DNA of 62,597 nt, the filler included, from Atractiella rhizophila (lineage: Eukaryota): assembly GCA_021432655.1 (NCBI GenBank). It is 4 parts of 4 records of this genome, joined end to end, with 100 filler letters (N's around TTAATTAATTAA, not from the genome) between each part and the next. Parts side by side here need not be neighbours in the genome. Positions count along the whole stretch, not along the records: positions 38,880 to 53,446 come from MU271746.1; 3 more parts are not named here. One strand, written 5' to 3'. Numbering within the stretch: position 1 is the stretch's first letter; every line of letters begins with the position of its first letter. A program made the position numbers and the translations under genes. Positions 39,239-52,524 of the stretch are shown here, one piece after another. The notes below the pieces were generated by a model that ran no database searches, had not been told where the DNA came from, and worked only from the letters and a program-made list of their open reading frames with translations.

Positions 39239-42200
39239 ATGCTGCCAAATTTCACTGGTCAAGTCCGCACACGACGTATCAATCTCGGTTAGTCCTACTC
39301 CTTCTCCGATACGACATTTGACTAAAACCCGCGTCTTATAAACGTGAATGCAGGAGGCACCTCCTCTGCACCCCTTTCGACCAGCGACACTCTCCTTCAA
39401 GCTCGACGTGCGCGAGAAGAGCGTCTCCTCCAGCGTCGGCGGCAGGAAGCGGGTGAGAGGATCGGGAGGTGGTATAGGAACGAGAAGGGGAGGGAGGAAG
39501 CGTGTCGGCTCATTTTGAGGAGGATGGAGGAGGAATGTGCGGAAGAGGAGACGGAGCAGGTGCTGAGGTGGACGAGAGGCTTGGTTTTTGGACTGAGGAT
39601 AAAGGAGCGAAGGGTCGCTGGGAAGGTGCAGATGGGAATGGTTGGAAGGTGGGCGAGGAGAATCGTACATGTCGATGGTGCGTTTTTTACTTTGTTTTGT
39701 TGTGGTTGAGAACTATTTCTTCCTGAGCTTACGCTTTGAGTCTCGGATGTGAAGAGACATAGCTGTATCGTTGCTTACGTATCCGTTATCACCCCTGATT
39801 TGGTTGATGTGTTTTCGCAACACTATCGGAGAAGAGGAGGGAGGAAGGAAAGGAGAAACTGATCTGTTACCCTAGGTCACAGCAAGAGCTAATCTGTGCA
39901 ACTAGTCTTGCAACAGGTTGTGCTCCCTCCTATCTTCTGTCTGCTCGTTTTTGTCAATGCTTGGCTGGAATCCAAGACGCGCATCGGTGCGATTGTTCTA
40001 GCACGAATACCCTTGTTCTATCACAAATTTGAATGCATATTCCGCTTTCTCTTAACGATACTCCATGTGTGACATTAGACTGTGTACTTCTCAGGTTTCC
40101 ATCATTTCGCCCTTCTCCATGGACCTACCTGCTTTACTCTACATTCGATCGTACGTCGCAACCACATGTTTCACGGCTTTCGAATCATTATCAATTCATG
40201 TTCACCATGTTACGACTGTTATCTTCTCTTGGAGTTTCACCTCGATGTCGTTCTTTGTTTGGATGCAACCAACAGTGGAGTCGCCATGGCATTGTCACAA
40301 TATGCAAGTCAGCCGTCATCGGAAGGAGCACAGTCTCCGCTATCAGGATAGAGATGCATTCCTTCGATCTCTCTTCTACTGTTTTGTACGGGGAGTTATC
40401 ACTGTGACGCGTTAGTTAAAGAAACTTGTTATGATACCTACACCGCATGTGTGTGCTCGAGACTCCTTCTAAAATATTCACTTATTCTGCAGGATGAGGG
40501 TAATGATCTTTGCTGAGCAGGTGGCGGTGGACAATCCCAGATGCTGCTCTTCCGACTGCTCGAAGATTCAGAGTCAAAGGACAGTTGGAGCTTTCTACTA
40601 CGCCTCATAGCCGGCTGGATGGTCGTCCAACTCGCTCATCTCCCACGAAACAGTCAGATACCACTGTTCATCGAGATCCTCAAGCTCCTTCCTTCCTCCC
40701 TCCTACCATCCTCCATCTCCCAAGGTCTACGAGGGTACATCCTTTCCCGCCCTTCTTCCATAGTTTCGGCCCACGCACTAGCATTGCGACTTTCGAGCGA
40801 GGACTGGCGCGCTCAGCTCCTATCGCTCCCTCCAGACGTCTATGTCGAACGACTCTCCAGCCCCAAGCGCGTCGCCATCCCCTTAGACTTCTTTCTCGCT
40901 CCTTCCTCCACCCCACCGTCAATATCAAGTTCGATAACTGAACAAAGAGAATCGCGTGCGAACCAGCTGGCGAATGTTCTGCTCCTCTCCACCCCTCATT
41001 TTTCGCCCCCAGGTGGTGGAAGCGCAAACCCTCAGGTGCTCAAAGGGCTTTGGGACGCTTTCTCCCTCCTCGAAGGACTGGGAATGACCGTCGGAGCATC
41101 CTCTACCGTATCCGCGTTTGTACATGAAAAAGGGGAAGATTCTTCAGAGGAAGACGTCGAGATGGTGGACGCTTCTAACTCACAACAATTTATGCTACCA
41201 AAGACAACACAGGCCGTCCTCAACCGAATACCCACCTTCGTCGCTCCCCTCCTAACCCAATCAATCAAGCGTCCGACCCTCCTTCCCCCCATGTCCCGTG
41301 CGCTATCTATCCTCTTCCTCTATTCGACACCTCAGCAAAAGACTGAAGTCCTCAATGCCGTCCTCTACTCTCTCCCAAAAGCCGGACTACTCCGACTCCT
41401 ATGGCGCGAAGGGGTACGAGGAACAACTGTCGGGATTGAGAAGGGGAAAGTTATTCGTCAGCTCTCAGGAGGAGGAGAGGACTGGAGCGCCTTCATCCTA
41501 CTATGCGAAGGCTATTCAAAGCTGTTATTGACCATGGCAGACGACGAATTTCACTCTCCCTCAAACCCATTGAACATGGACGAGGTCCGCGACCTGTGCA
41601 CTAGGCTGAGAAATGTCGCGTTCGCTTTGTGGTGGGAGCAAGTGGACGTCGACCTCCCAATCTCGGGTAGACGGGCAGGCGGATGGACGCTCAGCTCCCT
41701 CCGGGACCTTTCGACCCGCCTTCTACGTGCTCTGCACGCACGAGACTCGAGAAGGCCTTTTGTCGACGAAGATGGATGGACGTTGGTGCCAATGAGCGAA
41801 GGAGGAGCGTTCATCCAGTCGGTGCTATATGAAGCGGAGAAGGAGGCCGAGGCTGGCGATGATGGAGAGGCCATGGATGTCGATGATTTGAGAGATGTTG
41901 CCAGGGGGAGGTGGGGCCGACTTGGTGGAGCTGGCTTTAGGAGGTTGAAATGGGGTGGGAAAAGGGAAGTCAGTTCTAGAGGGGCGAAAAGCGTTTTTAG
42001 TCCAGGCTAGCAGTGTTGAATAACAGTATGTCCCCCTCCCCCTTGTTTCTGTGAGAAGTATGGACTAAGTGGGCTTGGTTGGTGGACAGTCCCTTTTGTT
42101 ATCCCTTTTGAGTTACGAGTCGCGATCTTTCGCGAATTCGTCTTCCTCGATCAACGACGAAACAACATCAGCGATTACACCTTCCTCTCTGGACATCGGG

Positions 42201-43521
42201 TCACAATTCGTCGAAATCATGTCGCAGAGGACGGCTACGCTCACCTAAACACCCTCGGCAGTGCTTTGAAGGGCCGTATCCAGATCGTTTTCTATGACCA
42301 ATTTGGGAACGAAGAGGCTGGAATCGACGGGGGTGGATTGTATAAGGAGTTTCTCACTAGCTTAAGTAAGGAGGCGTTCGACACTAATCGGGGACTGTGG
42401 TTGGAGACGAAGGAAAGAGAGGTCTATCCGAACCCTCACAGGTATGCCAGGGAGGATTTTCAGCTTAGCTGGTACACCTTCCTAGGACGCATGCTCGGAA
42501 AAGCGCTCTATGATGGCATCCTCGTCGATGTGAACTTTGCAAATTTCTTCCTCGCGAAGTGGTTGGGGAAGCAATCTCATTGTATGTTGCTGTGTTGTTC
42601 TAAGAGAGATGAGCTGACGCTAAGATGTGGAAATGGCATGAATAGTGGACGACCTCGCAAGCCTTGATCCAGAACTCTATCAAGGCCTCATCTTCCTCAA
42701 GAATTACGACGGAGATGTAGAGGGTGATCTGGTCCTAAACTTCACAGTTTCCGACATCGAATTTGGGGAAACCGTGACCCATGAATTGATTCCCAATGGA
42801 AGCGTAAGTCGCATCACGTCTGAATGGAGGCCTATTCATGATATAAATGATGGATAGAATATACCGGTGACCAAAGAGAACCGTTTACAATACATCTACC
42901 TCACCTCGCACTACCGACTGAACCGTCAAATCGACGCTCAATGCTCTGCCTTCTTCGCTGGCCTTTCCGATCTCATAGACAACCGCTGGTTGCAGATGTT
43001 CAATCAGTCCGAGCTCAAGATTCTAGTGGGAGGGGTAGAAGGGGAAGAGATAGACGTCGACGATCTGAGGAACAACACGGTCTATTCCGGAGCTGACGGA
43101 TTCGACGAAGCGCATGAGACTGTGAGGTTGTTTTGGAGCGTGGTGAAACGGTTCTCGAACGAGGAAAAGAAGAACCTCATCAAGTTTGTGACTTCGTGTC
43201 CCAGGCCACCCCTCTTAGGCATGTTCTTCCACTCCTCCTCCTCCTCCTTGCTGATAGAAGCTGGTTCGTTTCAATGTAGGATTCTCTGAGCTCAAGCCAA
43301 AGTTCGCGATAAGGGCGAACGGAAACGATACGGAGAGACTCCCGACGAGTTCAACTTGCGTCAACTTGTTGAAGCTGCCTTTGTACAAGGACGAGAAGCA
43401 ACTCAAGCAGTGCGTCCAATCTCATCCCATCTCTTCTGGCCAAACTTCGACTCATGATTATCTGTCCGCCAGGAAAATCTTATACGCCATAAATTCGAAC
43501 TCGGGTTTCGGTTTCTCCTGA
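39239..43521 (+). CDS. HUL5: HECT E3 ubiquitin ligase, Hul5/UBE3C-like
   Basis: MLPNFTGQVRTRRINLG start; PFVIPFELRV; EAGIDGGGLYKEFL; FVTSCPRPPLLG; catalytic RLPTSSTCVNLLKLP; ends SGFGFS*. Confidence 0.93.
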
Positions 43522-43759
43522 GAGAGTGTGTTGGGTGTAGAGGGAGTAAAAAGTGTCCTGTTGTAGAGATCCCGATTCGTGTAGATTTAGCAGTAGCAGC
43601 ACTGTATCAAAACCACTATCATTTACTCCAATGTGGCCACAACACCTGGTGGATACAACTGCAATGCTTGACGTGAAAGCTCTGCGATCGATTGTAGCAC
43701 ATATGAGACAATAACTAGCAGACTGATGTATAAACAGAGCGAACATCTCAATCCATTCC

Positions 43760-46057
43760 AACCCCTCATCCCCAAGCGTCGCTTCAAGTCGCGCCAGCCG
43801 CAACTGCAGTCGTCCCCTCCGTCTGTGAAGGTGCATTGCCTCTCCTGGTTAGAGATCCCAACAGCCCGATCCTTCCTGCAGTGACGGTGACGTTTGGAGT
43901 GCGTCTTATGAATCTGTCGAGTACACTGTCATTTGCTTCTCCATCGCCGGTGTTGCCGACCTCTTCTGACCCTTACTAAGTTTCCGCGACCTTTCGCTAT
44001 TCGCCTCACGACACCGAAACGGCTACCGGAGGTAACTCGTACTCCAACTTGCCATCCGCTGGATAAATAAGCTATTAGATAGCCGCGCTCTAAAGATCGA
44101 AGGTAGCCCCTCCACAACTCCCTAGCCGGTCGCTCACCTCGTTCCACACCTGCGCAACCGCTGTAACCACTGCTTACCAATATCCAAACCTCTGCTGACC
44201 TAAAATGCCCTGACTCTCTGAGAGGAGCTGCAACGACACCGACTACTGAAGGATTCGCTCTTCCCCTTCTCTTGCACCTTAGCAGTTTGGGTAGGCGCAA
44301 ACGGTGAAAGTGAACAGCGACGGTTCTGAACTACGCCAAAGCGCCCAGGACCAAAGCTAACGGGACCATAACCTTTTGCGAGAAATATGCCAGCTTTACC
44401 GCCACCTATCCCGAGTTTGAAGGTTCGACCCTCGACAAAGGCAAAGAGCAAAGTCGGGCTCGTGCTTCTCCACTCTCCTATTCCTCTCCCTGCTTGGCCT
44501 AACCCTAAGGCAGCTTGGGTAAGTCGTTGTTAGATACTCTGGTATTTACTCATAAACCGAACCACTTGCGCTTTTTTACCCTGCCTGCGCGAGACGTTAA
44601 AAGTCCCACACATAACTTTACAGCAGTCCGACTAGAGGTTGCGGCCCACTACCTGCTCAGGTGGCCTTGGGGACTCAGAGAGAGTACTCGCTATAATGTT
44701 ACCAGACTATAGCCGCGTGGTCGACAAACCGCATCTAAAGTCGCGCCTAAGATGGTCTGACTGCCGCCGCATCTTTAGGTACTAAAGGAGGTCGAGAAGA
44801 GTCCTCGTGTCGGCTGCAGAGTCGCTGGGTCAAAGGAGCTTTCAACAACCACGGTAATCACAGGTTTACAGCCCCACACGAGTAACAATTAGTTTTAAAC
44901 CGCTCCACCTTTCCTCCGTTCGTTCCCTAGCTGCTGTTCCTGTTCCGTCTTACTGGTTACAAGGAAAAACGCCCGTATTCTCAGCAACGGCGGCATTCCT
45001 GACGCGACCTCTACACAGTGAGCTACTGAACCAGCAACTACACAGCAACTCCAGAGCACGCAGGAAACACAAACCGTTCACCGTTTATCCTGTGCTACGT
45101 ATTAGGTGTTCAAGCCTTGAGCCTCGAAAAATTCAAATGTCTACGGAACAAGTGGGGCGTCGTTTCGTATGAAATTGTTGGTGTGGAATTTTATAAACGT
45201 TCACTTAGTCGTCACTTTCCGCGTTAGGGCCCTTTATACGGAAACGGTATGCTGTTTCAGTGCGAGTCGGAAGACCCTTGAAAAAGGCACCGAAGGGAGA
45301 ACAAACGCGAGTGGAGGTGCGTTATGGTGGAGGCAAACGGGGAGCGTATGAAGGAGCGGCTAGGGTGGATGGTTACCATAGCAGACTAGTGTGTGGTCGA
45401 GCCTAAGTGCGTCAGGAGCCTTGAAAAATAACGGCGGTAAGAAGATAGTGTTTACTCGCCGCAGCTTGCGTAAGACCCTTGTTCTGCAAAGCGTTCTGAG
45501 CAACAAGTTTGATAGAACAAAATAGGTTAAAAGGACTAGCGGTAGAACCAGCGAAATGTCTTTGAGCCGACCTCACTCTTCCCCTTTCACTAACTTCGAC
45601 CGCCAACCCGTTAGCATCCTCGGCAGCCCAGGCAGAAAGGATAAAGACGTTTTAAGTATGTCGACTTCGTTCTCGCCTCGTCTATAGTTATAGTACTTGA
45701 GTAAGGGCGATGGGAGTTACGGTCTCACAAGAGAGATGGAGACTGTTTATTCAGATATAGTGTAGAGGAAAAAGAAGTTCACTCGTCGGATTTATGGAAC
45801 TTGTATACGGGACTGACTGGAAAGATAGGATCCAATAGCAGGAGGTAGGTGAGGGTTGCTGCGAGCCCTAGAATTAGAGAGAAGAAAAGGCCGTGTGTTC
45901 TGATGTGGTGGAGAGTGAGGGGTGGGAAGGATAGCGAGGTGAGAAGGCGTGGGAGAGAGGGAGGTGCAGGCGCAGTTAAAGGCGCAGGGTTTGCTCGTGT
46001 TGTCGTTAGGGACGCCGGAAACCGTCGCCGATGAGGGGGCGCCGAGGAAGCTGTCGC
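43760..46057. mobile_element. Decayed, stop-riddled TpA-rich tract (probable repeat or gene relic) ending at an N gap
   Basis: No intact ORF; TpA exceeds ApT in spot counts; abuts the gap at 46058-46082. No transposon domain was recognised. Confidence 0.35.
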
Positions 46058-46082
46058 NNNNNNNNNNNNNNNNNNNNNNNNN
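46058..46082. other. Assembly gap (25 N)
   Basis: N run without linker. Confidence 0.95.
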
Positions 46083-46517
46083 ATACTTCACCTTCTTTGA
46101 GGAAACCTCATGTATATGATCCCTAATCACATCCTTTTTGTGTACGGTTCGCGAACGAACATTCAGTCGCTTCCATCGCTCAATATTTGTGTTCCTCCCC
46201 ATTGGTCGTCTCCATTCGTTGTCCTCATGCTGTATATTTGTCTTTTCCTCGCAAAATCAGTATAATGACTGTAACACCTTAATAGCACATTTACATCACA
46301 CAAGGTAGACTGAACCCCGGAATCCCATGTAATAGTTCCTATATTGACCTGTTCTGCTTGCACAAAATGGTAGAAAAGAAGGACCAGCACCACGATGTTG
46401 CTTTGGAAGGCGGATGGCACGAGATAACAATGCTTGATGGTGTCTCAGGAGTTTTGTGCAATCCAAGTGGAACAATTAGCGTACTTTGAGGATTTAAAAG
46501 CCTTGCCTTGCACAGAA

Positions 46518-47409
46518 CTAATCTCTCTTCAGCTCCTTCCTAATCACTTCAACTCCATCCGTTTTAACAACGTAAATCTCTAAGCCATCACCAACCTCAA
46601 TATGTCTCTCGGTCGCACCCGTAAACGCGTCAGTGACGATGGCGAGCACTCTCTCAAGTGGCAGGTTGGCGCGTTCACCATTCTTCACCACGAGGGAAGG
46701 ATCGGATTGGTTCTTTCCCATCACCTTCCATGTCGCGTCAGATTACGGGGCAGTTCACAAGAAGGAAAGCGCACAAGTGCATCAAGGAAGGGCTGGATGA
46801 GGGATTGGGCTGCTCCTGCTGATCGACACGATTCTCGCTCGTAGGAGCCGACTGGATCGAAGGAATAAACTCCCCCGGTTCCATCTCGATCGATACCTCC
46901 AACTGACGAAGGGGATTCAGAGCGGCATATTGAAAGAGGAAAAGGCTAACGAATGACATAGGAATAGTAAGGGAAGAAGCGTTTGCCATAAAGTATAGTT
47001 TGTACCATCCTAGCTATCGACGCTAGCGAAGGGAGAGAGTTGTGTGTGTGTTGGTACCACTATCTTCGACTTTAATCAGAAATCCAAGACGAAGCGAAAG
47101 AAGATACTGACCTCAAGCCTTTGCTTGACCGTCCTCACAAGCATGTTTCCATCCGCTGCGAACCCGTTAACGGCCATAACGACCTTATCGGTGAGCTTGT
47201 GACATTTAGGAGCATAGCGTGTCTGGATCGAGTACCCTTCAGACTGTCGAGTATCAGAAGCAATGACACAGAAATCCTTGGACGAAATCGCGAGGATTGT
47301 TCCTCCATTGTTCTTCCAAATCGTGTCAGAACGTCATGAATTCGAGCAACCACAAACTCACAGAATAAGGGTCGAATTGGTGTCCAACAGGTACTTCTGT
47401 AGCGTTCAT
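46518..47409 (-). CDS. PRE7: 20S proteasome subunit beta-6
   Basis: FDPYS|DNGGTILAI..DFCVIASDTRQSEGYSIQTRY; YSFDPVGSYERE; AFTGATERHIEVGDGLE..LKRD*. Confidence 0.96.
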
Positions 47410-47508
47410 GGTCGTTGCCTCGTCGTTCAAGTTACTTTGAATGCAGACGCGCAAGTTGAAGGTGTAAACAAGGTTTGAAATTCGAGCCTTCGAGGCAAAA
47501 AATCGTCC
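47410..47508. promoter_or_regulatory. Very short divergent intergenic region (99 nt) between PRE7 and GUP1
   Basis: Head-to-head ATGs at 47409 (-) and 47509 (+). Confidence 0.55.
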
Positions 47509-49665
47509 ATGTCCCTGCCAATGCCATCCAGTATTTCTCTCAGAAGGCCTGCAAGTAGCTCAATAACCGATTTTACCGTAGAGGTTGATGGGCAGTACAC
47601 ACACAACAAGCAAAGGTCGAAGCCACGGTGGAATACTGTGGAGTTTTGGGTTTACTCAGTAGTTGTGGTAGTGGCAGTATGGAATATGGCCAGCATTGCT
47701 GTTGGGCTCTCTCAAGGTGCGTTGCGTCTGGTATATTATGAAATTTTTTGGGTAAAATGACGGTCGAAGAGTCGCATGAGAACTACCCGTTGTACCAAAG
47801 ACGCCTCAAAGGAGGCTGGATCCTTGGTCGCAAAGTGGTACGTGTTCCAGACGTTTCCATCGCGCTGACCAGCTCACGACTTTTCGAGTGTAGGACAACT
47901 CAGACGTACAATATCGTCTATTTCGTAATTCAATACCAGCACTTGCCCTTCTCTCGATTCTATACCTCACGGCGTCACGCTTATTCTCCCGTATAAACCG
48001 GCGTTCATTTATTGTGGTCGCCTCTTTACTCATTCTTTGCGTCCTCCATGGGATCCATGTTCCAAAGCTTCTACTCATTCTGTACCTCAATTACCTCATC
48101 GGAAAGCGCCTTGGTGGGAGCCGTTCCACACCTGTCGTGACATGGGTGTTCAACATCGCTCTCCTCTTTATGAACGTGCACTTTGACGGATACAAGTATG
48201 GTAGCTTGTTATCGTCACTCGATTTCTTGGTCTGTTCCTTCTTTGCTATTTTAAGCAGCAAACTGAAAGGTGACGCTGCAGAATAGGATACCAACCGTGC
48301 AATAAGAGGACTACTTCCGCGTTGGCACATCAACTTCAATATCACGATGCTGCGGCTGATTTCCTTCAATCTCGATTATTGCTGGGCAGTCAGAGAGCGT
48401 GTCAGCCGTGCTAATGTTGGTATCGCCTCTTTCTTCCACTTACGGGAGCTGAACGGCTACAGGTAAAGCAGGTGCCTTCCGGTCTCTCAGAAAGGGAACG
48501 CGTGCAATACAGTCATGATTTGGAGGAGTACAGCTTTACGAACTATCTCGCATATACTATATACACGCCTCTCTATATCGCTGGTCCAATAATGACCTTC
48601 AACAACTTCGTGTATCAAGTCAGTCACTCTTTTCGTTTGTGGGAACCTCGCAGTCTGACTGGCAGGCAGCTCAAATCTCCGTCTCACATCCCTAATCGCG
48701 CTCTGCTGTCCTATCTGTCACGCTTCGTTGTCACCTTTCTCACGATGGAAGTCATCCTACACTACATGTATGTCGTAGCGATTAAAGACAGTGTGGACAG
48801 TCTACGGAAGACGCGAGCATGGAATGGGGACACAGCTGCTGAGTTAGCGATGATTGGGTTCTGGAACCTCATTATTGTTTGGCTCAAAGTGCTCTTTTTT
48901 CTCATGATATCTGAGAGCCGTCTCTGATAGTCACTTGTAGCTCCTCATTCCCTGGCGATTCTTCCGTCTCTGGGCTTTGGTGGATGGTGTCGAGCCACCA
49001 GAAAATATGATACGTTGCATGGCCAATAATTATTCGACTCTCGGTTTCTGGCGTAGTTGGCACAGAAGTTACAATCAGTGGTTAATTCGGTTCGTCCCTA
49101 TTCGCACGCATAGCTCTTCTTCCCTTCTGAGACTATCATAGGTACTTATATGTTGCTCTCGGAGGAAAACAGCGACCACTTTTGTCAACACTGACAGTGT
49201 TCACGTTTGTGGCGATGTGGCACGACCTCTCACTTACTCTCCTCTCTTGGGGATGGGTAGTAACACTATTTATTGCGCCAGAGCTTTTAGCGAAGCGTCT
49301 GTTGCCAGAGAAAAAGGTACTGCTGTTCCTCAAAATTGTGGAGAAAATTTGACAACCACCTAGTATGGGGAAGAATGGTGGTATCGTCACCTGGCAGCGC
49401 TGGGGGCCGTTGGTAACATTGTGATGATGATGACCGCCAATATGATCGGTTTCGTGATGGGGGTGGATGGTGTGGGATACCTTTATTACAAAATCTTCTC
49501 GATCGAGGGTGCGTTCTCCTCACAAAACCTTGCATAGGGCTGACAATATATTGTGAAGGTGTGAGGTTTCTGATTGCGATGTTCATAGCATTATTCTCCG
49601 CGGCTCAGCTCATGATGGAGTACAGAGCGGAGGAGCAGAGAAGGGGAGTTTGGAGGAAATGCTGA
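47509..49665 (+). CDS. GUP1: MBOAT O-acyltransferase Gup1
   Basis: [73 protein letters not shown]. Confidence 0.95.
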
Positions 49666-50361
49666 TTTGACGGTTGGTTTGGGATTTCGAGCGTTTGTCC
49701 ATCAATGCCACTATCAGTCTAATACTTTGGGGGATTAATATTAAAAATGGATTTCACCAAGCTACAATGAAGACTTGACGTTACATGCAAGAATCGTAAG
49801 AGAACTTAGAAATCAAACAAAGCAGTGATGACGAGTGCTCCACTTCATGTCAGCTAAGCATTATCCATCCAACTTCAAACTTAGCCTACATACCGCTTTG
49901 CCCGCCAACAGTCAGCCGCTAATACTAAGCAGGGAGGACGAAGTGACAACCCCTCCTCACGTTAGAGTCCGTTTCCTCGTCTGACTGCACGACACGACCG
50001 CGGCAGCGCAGCCGAAGTAATGGGCCTTAGTCTTTGGCCTTCAAGATGACTAATTCCACCATCATGGTGTCATAGGATGATGATACATGCCAGTACTTCG
50101 CCTCGCTTCACTCTCATCTCGTACGTCTCTGAGAGCTACGGAACGTTTTACACATCCAACGAGAACCTCACCGGGATGCGGTCACCGCATCGGGACTACT
50201 TTGAGAAACACTTGTTATGCGTGGAAACGGACTCCTTCTCGCCCGCTGTCCGGTAGTGTTCATGCATCGTGTGTACAGGGGTGGGAAAGATTTTAAAAGC
50301 GGAAGGAGGCTTCCTGCAGAGCGTCAAGTCTATCAGCCCAGTTTCCTACGTTTACCTAACA

Positions 50362-51957
50362 ATGAGAGCTTTCCTCCCTTTCACTTTCGGCGCCAGCGCT
50401 TTGGCTCTTGCGACTGGCTCACAGAATGCCAATGTCAAGCCTTTTCAGATTGACATTCCGCAGAAGTCGATAGCGAGGATGAAGTCGCTAGTGGGAGAAT
50501 TATAGGCTTCCCAAATCCGGCTTCCTTGGCTCAGGGTGGGAATTTGGCGCGCCAACTGCGTGGCTCTCTGCGCTTAAACAAGAGTGGCTCTCTAACTTCA
50601 ACTGGAAAGAGCAAGAGAAGGAGATTAATTCGTTCGTCAATCTCAATCCTATGCCATCCCCTTCACCGACCCTGGGATGTGCAGATACCGCCAATTTACT
50701 GCTACGATCGAAAATGTAACTATCCACTTCGTTCACGAAAGTCGAAGCATGCAAACTCGATCCCTGTCATCCTTTTGCATGGATGGCCAGGCAAGTTCTT
50801 TCGCCCCCACCCACCTTGAATTCATCCCTGACTCCACGCAGGGTCATTTCTGGAATTTCTTCCCGTCATCAAACCTTTGACACAGCTGGGCTCAAATCCG
50901 CAAGGAGACCAAGGTAAATAAAATGTTCTGTCTTCCTCCCGTGACTCTGACTAAAGACCCAACTACAGTATCATTTGACGTTATCGTTCCCTCTTTGCCG
51001 GGGTTCGCCTTCTCTTCGCTTCCATCTCCTACATGGCAGACGAAGGACACTGCTCGAATCCTCAATAATTTAATGGTTGACGTTCTGGGGTATGAAACGT
51101 ATACGACGTATGGAACGGATTGGGGGTGTGATCCCGCTTATTACTTATACTCCGATTATTCGTCCACAGTCAAAGCCTCACTCTTCAGTTTTCTCCCTTT
51201 CTATCCACCTACTCTGGCGCAGGCAAAGGCAGAGAATGTCACGTTGGACGAGTTTGAAAAGTTCGCTCTTTCTCGGGCGGAAGAGTGGAGCAAGACCGGA
51301 AACGCTTATTTCTTGGAGCAAACTACGAAAGTTTGTCCTGCTTTTTACTCTCATTTCATCAAATGCTGAGGAGAATTTTAGCCAAACACCATTGGTCTCG
51401 CTCTCCAGGTACACCAAACCTTTCAATATTCCTCCATAACTCATGAGGGGAATGATAGGATTCCCCGATGGGTCAACTATCCTGGATAGGCGAGAAGCTC
51501 GTCGCTTGGTCGGACCCCCAATTCGGCGTATCCCCGTCAACGTGGAGTAACAATACAATTCTCTCCTGGGTATCCCTATATTATCTGAGCGAAAGCTTCT
51601 TTTCTGCCGAATGGATCTACGGAGCCAATCCAAATGGTTTCCGCGCTTCCTACGATATTGGAAAGGTGCCAACGACCCCAATGGCCATGTCAAATTATAA
51701 GTATAATGTCGGTGGATGGCCAAAGGCGTACGCTTCGAAAGTTGGAAACTTGACTTTTTACACAGGTAAGCAGTCTTGATTCCCCAATAAGACAGATTCT
51801 GAGACTCTGCTGTAGAAAACGATCGAGGGGGACACTTCCCTGGTATGCTACACGCTTCTCTCATGAATGATTAACAAACGATAACGCAGGAATTGACAAT
51901 CCGGAGGCCCTGATCTCAGACCTACGACAATTGGCTGGGTATTACTTGAGAAGATAA
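50362..51957 (+). CDS. Microsomal-type (EHN) epoxide hydrolase with signal-peptide-like N-terminus; two apparent 1-nt frameshifts
   Basis: VKPFQIDIP, FNWKEQEKEIN, LLHGWPG, VIVPSLPGFAFS, nucleophile GTDWG, LSWIGEK, RGGHFP. The frame breaks at about 50493 and 50739. Confidence 0.88.
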
Positions 51958-52524
51958 TTGTAGATTGAAATAAAGTCTTGAACCTTTGGCTAATTACTGT
52001 TATTATTCTAGCGTGCTAATAAATTATATCTAACTGTCCCGAACACAATTATCAATAGGGTACCAGAACGGATGACATGGCATAAACGTCTAATCAAGGT
52101 AGCACGGACACGTTGCGCATGTTGATCTTTGATCAGTGATTCTTAAGCTGTCGTACCATTGCTTCATATGTTCCGTCCCTGGGCATCCTCTCTTGTCAAC
52201 CAACACAATTAGCATGATGTTGTGGTCAGGCAGCATTCGTTTAGAGCGGGTGTCAAGGACGTCCTAAATGCACGGGGATCACATTTTCTCGGTGACCCGA
52301 CTTTCACACTAACTATGGTCAGGGAATATAGTGTGACTACCCAACTTGCGGGCGTACTTCAGTATTTTACGCTTAACCAATAGTAAGTAACAGAGATGAG
52401 ATTGCAGACTGCGGTACCCGACAACAACTGATGGAAGGTGAAAAGTGGAATAAATTGTGACTGAAGCGACGATTCTGCAGTCACACATCAGCACTTTATT
52501 AACATATATGAGTTGAGACAAACA

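Noticed and set aside
44498..44508. CCTAACCCTAA as telomerase template or interstitial telomere
   Set aside because: A single 11-nt match inside a decayed tract with no supporting structure seen.
46163..46420. Small ORF with a signal-peptide-like segment
   Set aside because: Non-ATG start, adjacent to an assembly gap, and no homologous motif.
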